The notes under the pieces: model-generated
Database searches by the model: none
Seen by the model: the letters and a program-made list of their open reading frames with translations, nothing else
What the model was told of the DNA's origin: nothing
Source: Spirochaetia bacterium
Lineage (GTDB): Bacteria > Spirochaetota > Spirochaetia > UBA9216
Assembly: GCA_965140585.1 (NCBI GenBank)
Contig: OZ223264.1
Span: 480,001 to 544,000 of the forward strand
DNA length: 64,000 bases
Direction of reading: 5' to 3'
Shown: piece after piece, positions 59,839 through 64,000 of the stretch
Layout of the letters: each line of letters opens with the position of its first letter
How positions within the stretch are numbered: the stretch's first letter is position 1
Made by a program: the position numbers and the translations under genes

Positions 59839-61032
59839 ATGAAGAGTAAATGCTTAAAAAAAATAGGGACGGGGATAGCAGCCTTTTTATTGTTAATCCC
59901 CGGTATAGTTTCAGCTGAAGATGTGATAGGCCGTATTGCTTATCTTGAAGGCATTGTCGACCTTCAGCGGGACGGAGACATAATCGAACTCTGGGATACA
60001 GACATCGGTTATGAAATCCTTAACTATGATCTTATAGAAACCGGAGTCGACGGATTTATTGAAATAGAAATGCTTGGTCAGAAAAACCGCGGAACCAAGG
60101 TAAAGGTTGAGAACGATACCGCCTTTTACTTTGATTCAGCGAAGGTCGGCGGAGACAGCAGGACCAATATCAATATGCTTTCCGGCGCGCTTGCTTTCAA
60201 GGTTCAGCATCTTACCGGCAGCGAACAGTTCAATGTAAAAACCGAGAGCGCAGTAATGGGCGTGCGGGGAACAGAATTCGCGATTAAGAGAGCTCCAGAG
60301 GGGTCTGTCCTTGTAACCTGTGTAGAGGGCAAGGTTGCCTGTGAAGATGACAGCAGACGTGAGCGTTTTGCATCTCCGGGAAGTATTGTTGAAAAGAGGC
60401 CTGATGAAGATTTAACACGGATAGATGTTGATCCGGGTGATGAGAATCTTTACAGCGTTTACTGGACCGGAAAAAGAGAAGAAATCTTCCGTGCAGGTGC
60501 CGAGACCTTTGTAAAGGGCTATTCCAGTCAGTACATGTCACTGCTGCCGAGGTTTCTTGAGGCATATGACAAGCTTGATGAAGTTCGTGACCTGCTTGTA
60601 ACATACGGCAGCGATGCGGCCTCCTCAGGATATTCTTCAAAGATGATTACCGTAAAAAGTGAAGTATCTGATGAAATGATAATGATGCGAAGCATTCTTC
60701 CGCTTTTTGAGCATTCATTCTACGCGGTTCAGGTTCTTGAGGGCTATCATGAACTTGGAATCGGCAGGGTAAATCTGGACAAGAATTATTCATCAGATGA
60801 TTTCTTCACAGAATTCTCATATGACAAGCTCGAAATCAAGCAGAAACTGGCAAATGTAAGATACTTTATTAAACTTTATATAAATATAAACAGGGCTTCA
60901 TCTCCGGGAGAGCTTGATACTCCCTCATTTTTTGAAGATATGATGACTGCTCCGAATCCTATGGGCGGAGGCGGGGTTCCGTCAGAATCAGCTCCCGCAC
61001 CCGGAATGCCCGCACCTTCCATGAATTTCTAA
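59839..61032 (+). CDS. Exported FecR-domain protein
   Basis: Signal peptide; IAYLEG.V, D.IETG, T.SAVMGVRGTEF, V.CVEGKV; Pro-rich tail. Confidence 0.8.
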   Translation: MKSKCLKKIGTGIAAFLLLIPGIVSAEDVIGRIAYLEGIVDLQRDGDIIELWDTDIGYEILNYDLIETGVDGFIEIEMLGQKNRGTKVKVENDTAFYFDSAKVGGDSRTNINMLSGALAFKVQHLTGSEQFNVKTESAVMGVRGTEFAIKRAPEGSVLVTCVEGKVACEDDSRRERFASPGSIVEKRPDEDLTRIDVDPGDENLYSVYWTGKREEIFRAGAETFVKGYSSQYMSLLPRFLEAYDKLDEVRDLLVTYGSDAASSGYSSKMITVKSEVSDEMIMMRSILPLFEHSFYAVQVLEGYHELGIGRVNLDKNYSSDDFFTEFSYDKLEIKQKLANVRYFIKLYININRASSPGELDTPSFFEDMMTAPNPMGGGGVPSESAPAPGMPAPSMNF

Positions 61033-61055
61033 GTTTTAAAAATTTTAGATTATCG

Positions 61056-61083
61056 GGGCTGTCCGTCTGGACGGCCCTTTTTT
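61056..61083 (+). terminator. Intrinsic terminator
   Basis: GGGCTGTCC-gtct-GGACGGCCC + T6. Confidence 0.8.
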
Positions 61084-62215
61084 ATTCGATTATCCGCGGC
61101 ACCCGTTTGGATAAGGAACAGGTGAGCTCGTATGAGATTGTTCCGATAAGTTCGGCAAGATCTTCAGCTGTCAGTGCTCCGTCTTCTGGTCCGAAAAGAA
61201 CCGCACGATCGTAGAGCTTAACTTCAGGGTTCGGTCCCAGATCCACCATAAGCATATCCATGCACACAGTTCCAGCTACCGGGTAAAGTTTTCCGTTTAT
61301 CAGTATTTTACCCCTGTTTGAAAGCAGCCTGTAGTATCCGTCTGCGTATCCCGCCGGAATAGTACCTATCCAGGTTTCCGCATCTGCAGTAAACCTTCTG
61401 CCGTAAGAAATATCAGTGCCTCTGCTCACTTTTTTTATGTGAATCAGCCTGGATTCAAAACCCATTATCGGCCTGGGCATGAAATTCAGATTTTCAGGCT
61501 CTATTACAGACTCCATTCCGCCGGGTAGATAGCCGTAGGCAAGTATTCCCGGCCTCACCATATCAAAGTGGGATTCAGGATAATTTATTATACCGCCGGA
61601 GTTTGCTGCATGGATGGTCCCCGGATCAATGCCTCTGCTTCGTATAAGTTCAACCCTGTCGTTGAAAAGTTTAATCTGGTTTCTTGTAAACTCAATATCA
61701 CTTTCTGCAGTGCTGTCACTCACCGGAAAATGTGTACAGACTCCGCTGAGTTGAAGACCCGGTGCATCGCTGATCATCCCGGCCAGGCGGATAACATCAT
61801 CTTTGTGGCATCCGATCCGGCCCATTCCTGTGTCAATTTTAAGATGAACCCTTACTGAATTCCCGTCTGCAGCCTCTGAGAGCCTGATAAGCTCTGCTTC
61901 TGTGGAGATTACAGGTTCAATATTAAGCTGCAGAAGCTCTTCTGTTTCTTCAGGCAGTGCCGGACTCAGAAGAATTATTGGAAGCTCTATCCCGAAGCAA
62001 CGAAGTTCAGCCGCTTCGCTCACTGCTGCGACTGCCAGACAGTCCACACCGTAATCCCGCGCCAGGCGGCTGATTCCCTCTGCGCCGTGTCCATACGCAT
62101 CAGCCTTAACCGCCATGCATATTTTCACACTCTTACCGGTAAGATTCCGGATACTTTCCAAATTAAACTTCAGATTCGATGAATGAATTACAGCTCTGGT
62201 TGCTCTCATTCGCAC
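61082..62215 (-). CDS. alr: Alanine racemase
   Basis: AVKADAYGHG, HLKIDTGMGRIG, HAANSG, MVRPG, ISYG, GYADG, VCMD. Confidence 0.97.
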   Translation of the reverse strand: MRMRATRAVIHSSNLKFNLESIRNLTGKSVKICMAVKADAYGHGAEGISRLARDYGVDCLAVAAVSEAAELRCFGIELPIILLSPALPEETEELLQLNIEPVISTEAELIRLSEAADGNSVRVHLKIDTGMGRIGCHKDDVIRLAGMISDAPGLQLSGVCTHFPVSDSTAESDIEFTRNQIKLFNDRVELIRSRGIDPGTIHAANSGGIINYPESHFDMVRPGILAYGYLPGGMESVIEPENLNFMPRPIMGFESRLIHIKKVSRGTDISYGRRFTADAETWIGTIPAGYADGYYRLLSNRGKILINGKLYPVAGTVCMDMLMVDLGPNPEVKLYDRAVLFGPEDGALTAEDLAELIGTISYELTCSLSKRVPRIIE

Positions 62216-62248
62216 ATTCTAACTTTAAATATGCTTCTTGAAAAGCAT

Positions 62249-62277
62249 TTGAAAACCGGATCTAAAAGCGGTATAAT
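62249..62277 (+). promoter_or_regulatory. sigma70-like promoter
   Basis: TTGAAA(62249)-17 bp-TATAAT(62272). Confidence 0.65.
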
Positions 62278-62291
62278 CTGAAACAGATAAT

Positions 62292-64000
62292 ATGCATGAA
62301 AAATTTATGTGGATAGTATGCAGTCTGCTCATTTTCATTTCGGGCTGCAGTAATTCCTCAGTAGAAAGCCTGCTCTCGGATGACGATGACTCTGTGATAA
62401 ATACTTCGATAAAAAGTTCCATGACAGCTCCGGGTGAGGCTTTCGATATAGAGATCAATCTTGATGATGATCAGTACCCCTCCGATTTAGTTACTCTTGC
62501 AATAACTGACTCCTACGGAGTCGAGGTTTTCGCAACCGAATTCAGGGGAACTTACATGAATGACTTCTATACCGAACTGAATATTCCTGAGAATCTGAAT
62601 CCCGGGCGTTATGTGATGGAAATAATTCTCTACAGTCAGGATGAAGAACTCTCTGCAGACCGATCCGTATTTTATATTTCTGAATCAGGATTTTATATTA
62701 AAACAATTACTACATTCCCCCCTGTTTTTTATCCGGGGAGCAGCGGTCTTGTCTTTGCCGATTTTGAAAGCCCTGAAGCTTCCGCCTGGGTAAGGTGGAT
62801 GCTTGAGGATGAGCTGATTGCCGAGGGATATCTGTTAAACGGGCTTGAAAGAATAAATCTTCTGGCACCGGAGAACGAGGGAATCTACCGCCTTCAGGCC
62901 GAGTTGTATCCTTACAATCCCGCTGATTATGAGGATGAGAACGGCATCGAGGAGCCGTCGGTAAAACGTTATGTCTCGGTTTATGTAAAAAGGGACCAGC
63001 TGCCGGCAGATCTGGAGTTCAGTCCGGACAGCGATTTTACAAGTCTGTATCACTTCAGGGGTAATTTTATTAATTCCGGTCGTGATTCAGACAGCCTTGC
63101 TGCGGTTATGTACGGAAAGGCTGTTCTGAATGTTGATCGGGGAGTATTCGGATACCTCATTGAACCTGAATCCGGACTGTCCTTCCGTGAATCACTTCTC
63201 CCCTCGGAATGGGGAATTCTGCAGCCCTTTTCGGTGATGTTATCAATAATACCGGAATGGGGTGAGGCTGAGTTCAGCAGTGATACCCTGTTTTTCAGCC
63301 GCAGCAGTGATGAAAGTTATACCCTGCATCTTAAAATATCATCTGACGGGATCCTTTCTTCTGAATTCAGGGCAGGAAATGCAGTTTATGAATTAAATAG
63401 TGAGCCCGGCCTTATAAACAGCGGAATGCACTCGGAACTTGCTCTTGCAGTTGAGCCTGAAGGAGAGTACCTCAGTCTTGCCCTTTACAGCAATGGAATT
63501 CTGGTGGCATCCGAAACCTTCAGAAATTATGCAGGCGCAGACAGTAAAACTTCGGAGGCAGAGCAGGGAGGCGGAATAACTTCTCTTTTCTCCGGAAGCA
63601 GGATAAGTTATCTTGCCGATGAATTCGGAATCTATAACAGTCCTGATTCGGGCGCGGTGGATCCCCTGCAGTTTTACCGTTCAATGGAAAAATTATTCGG
63701 AAGCAGTGTTGTTCTTGCCGAGGGGTTTGACAGCCCCGGTAAATGCAGCATTTCAATAATGGAGGAATCATTTATATCCGACAGCAGACTTTATCTGCAT
63801 CCGGGAAGCGCTGCAAAGATTCCGGTACTTTTCCCTTCCGGTGAGGAATTTTCCTTTACTATTGATTCTGTTACAGAGAATCTGCCCCTGCTGGTAAGCA
63901 TTCAGCCGGCAGGATCATCTGACTCCTCTGTGACAATTGAACTCGAACCGGAAATGCAGGACGGTGCAAGCGCCTACCGGTTTACATTTGTCTTTTCTGA
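62292..64000 (+). CDS. Large lipoprotein with LamG/concanavalin-A-like domain (3' truncated, absent from ORF track)
   Basis: Manual translation: MHEKFMWIVCSLLIFISGC (lipobox), SLYHFRGN ... ADEFGIY; frame still open at window end. Confidence 0.8.
   Translation, partial: MHEKFMWIVCSLLIFISGCSNSSVESLLSDDDDSVINTSIKSSMTAPGEAFDIEINLDDDQYPSDLVTLAITDSYGVEVFATEFRGTYMNDFYTELNIPENLNPGRYVMEIILYSQDEELSADRSVFYISESGFYIKTITTFPPVFYPGSSGLVFADFESPEASAWVRWMLEDELIAEGYLLNGLERINLLAPENEGIYRLQAELYPYNPADYEDENGIEEPSVKRYVSVYVKRDQLPADLEFSPDSDFTSLYHFRGNFINSGRDSDSLAAVMYGKAVLNVDRGVFGYLIEPESGLSFRESLLPSEWGILQPFSVMLSIIPEWGEAEFSSDTLFFSRSSDESYTLHLKISSDGILSSEFRAGNAVYELNSEPGLINSGMHSELALAVEPEGEYLSLALYSNGILVASETFRNYAGADSKTSEAEQGGGITSLFSGSRISYLADEFGIYNSPDSGAVDPLQFYRSMEKLFGSSVVLAEGFDSPGKCSISIMEESFISDSRLYLHPGSAAKIPVLFPSGEEFSFTIDSVTENLPLLVSIQPAGSSDSSVTIELEPEMQDGASAYRFTFVFS

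Overview
Core-chromosome segment of a Spirochaetota bacterium, probably a free-living Spirochaetaceae relative. This is inferred from the TatT/TatP/DctQM transporter, a spirochete/mitochondrial-type EF-G1 outside a str operon and an 'FAxGxxE' binding-protein leader. I found no rRNA, tRNA, CRISPR array, transposase or phage gene. Content: a MoxR-DUF58-transglutaminase/TPR operon; a cyclic-nucleotide signalling cluster (two HD-GYP proteins, a REC-like/RsbW-kinase/cNMP-binding protein, two class III adenylate cyclases, a decayed GGDEF gene); a BMP nucleoside ABC transporter with a purine PRTase; an FMN-riboswitch-controlled rib operon; fusA, an MCP, carD-ispD-ispF-nth, a DAHP synthase-prephenate dehydratase fusion, leuS, a TPAT/TRAP transporter with a duplicated binding protein, pepT and alr. 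The most novel-looking signal is non-coding: a four-hairpin AT-rich intergenic element present as two diverged copies (23023-23190 and, inverted, 37875-38014) plus a partial third copy (42080-42115). It has conserved linkers and loop, compensatory stem changes and strand-biased G-U pairs. Also notable: an FMN riboswitch with a hairpin inserted in its L2 loop, a 7TM kinase-receiver adenylate cyclase lacking both phosphoacceptors, many apparently leaderless genes, and three single-base homopolymer frameshifts that may be assembly errors. All calls come from manual motif reading; no database searches were run.
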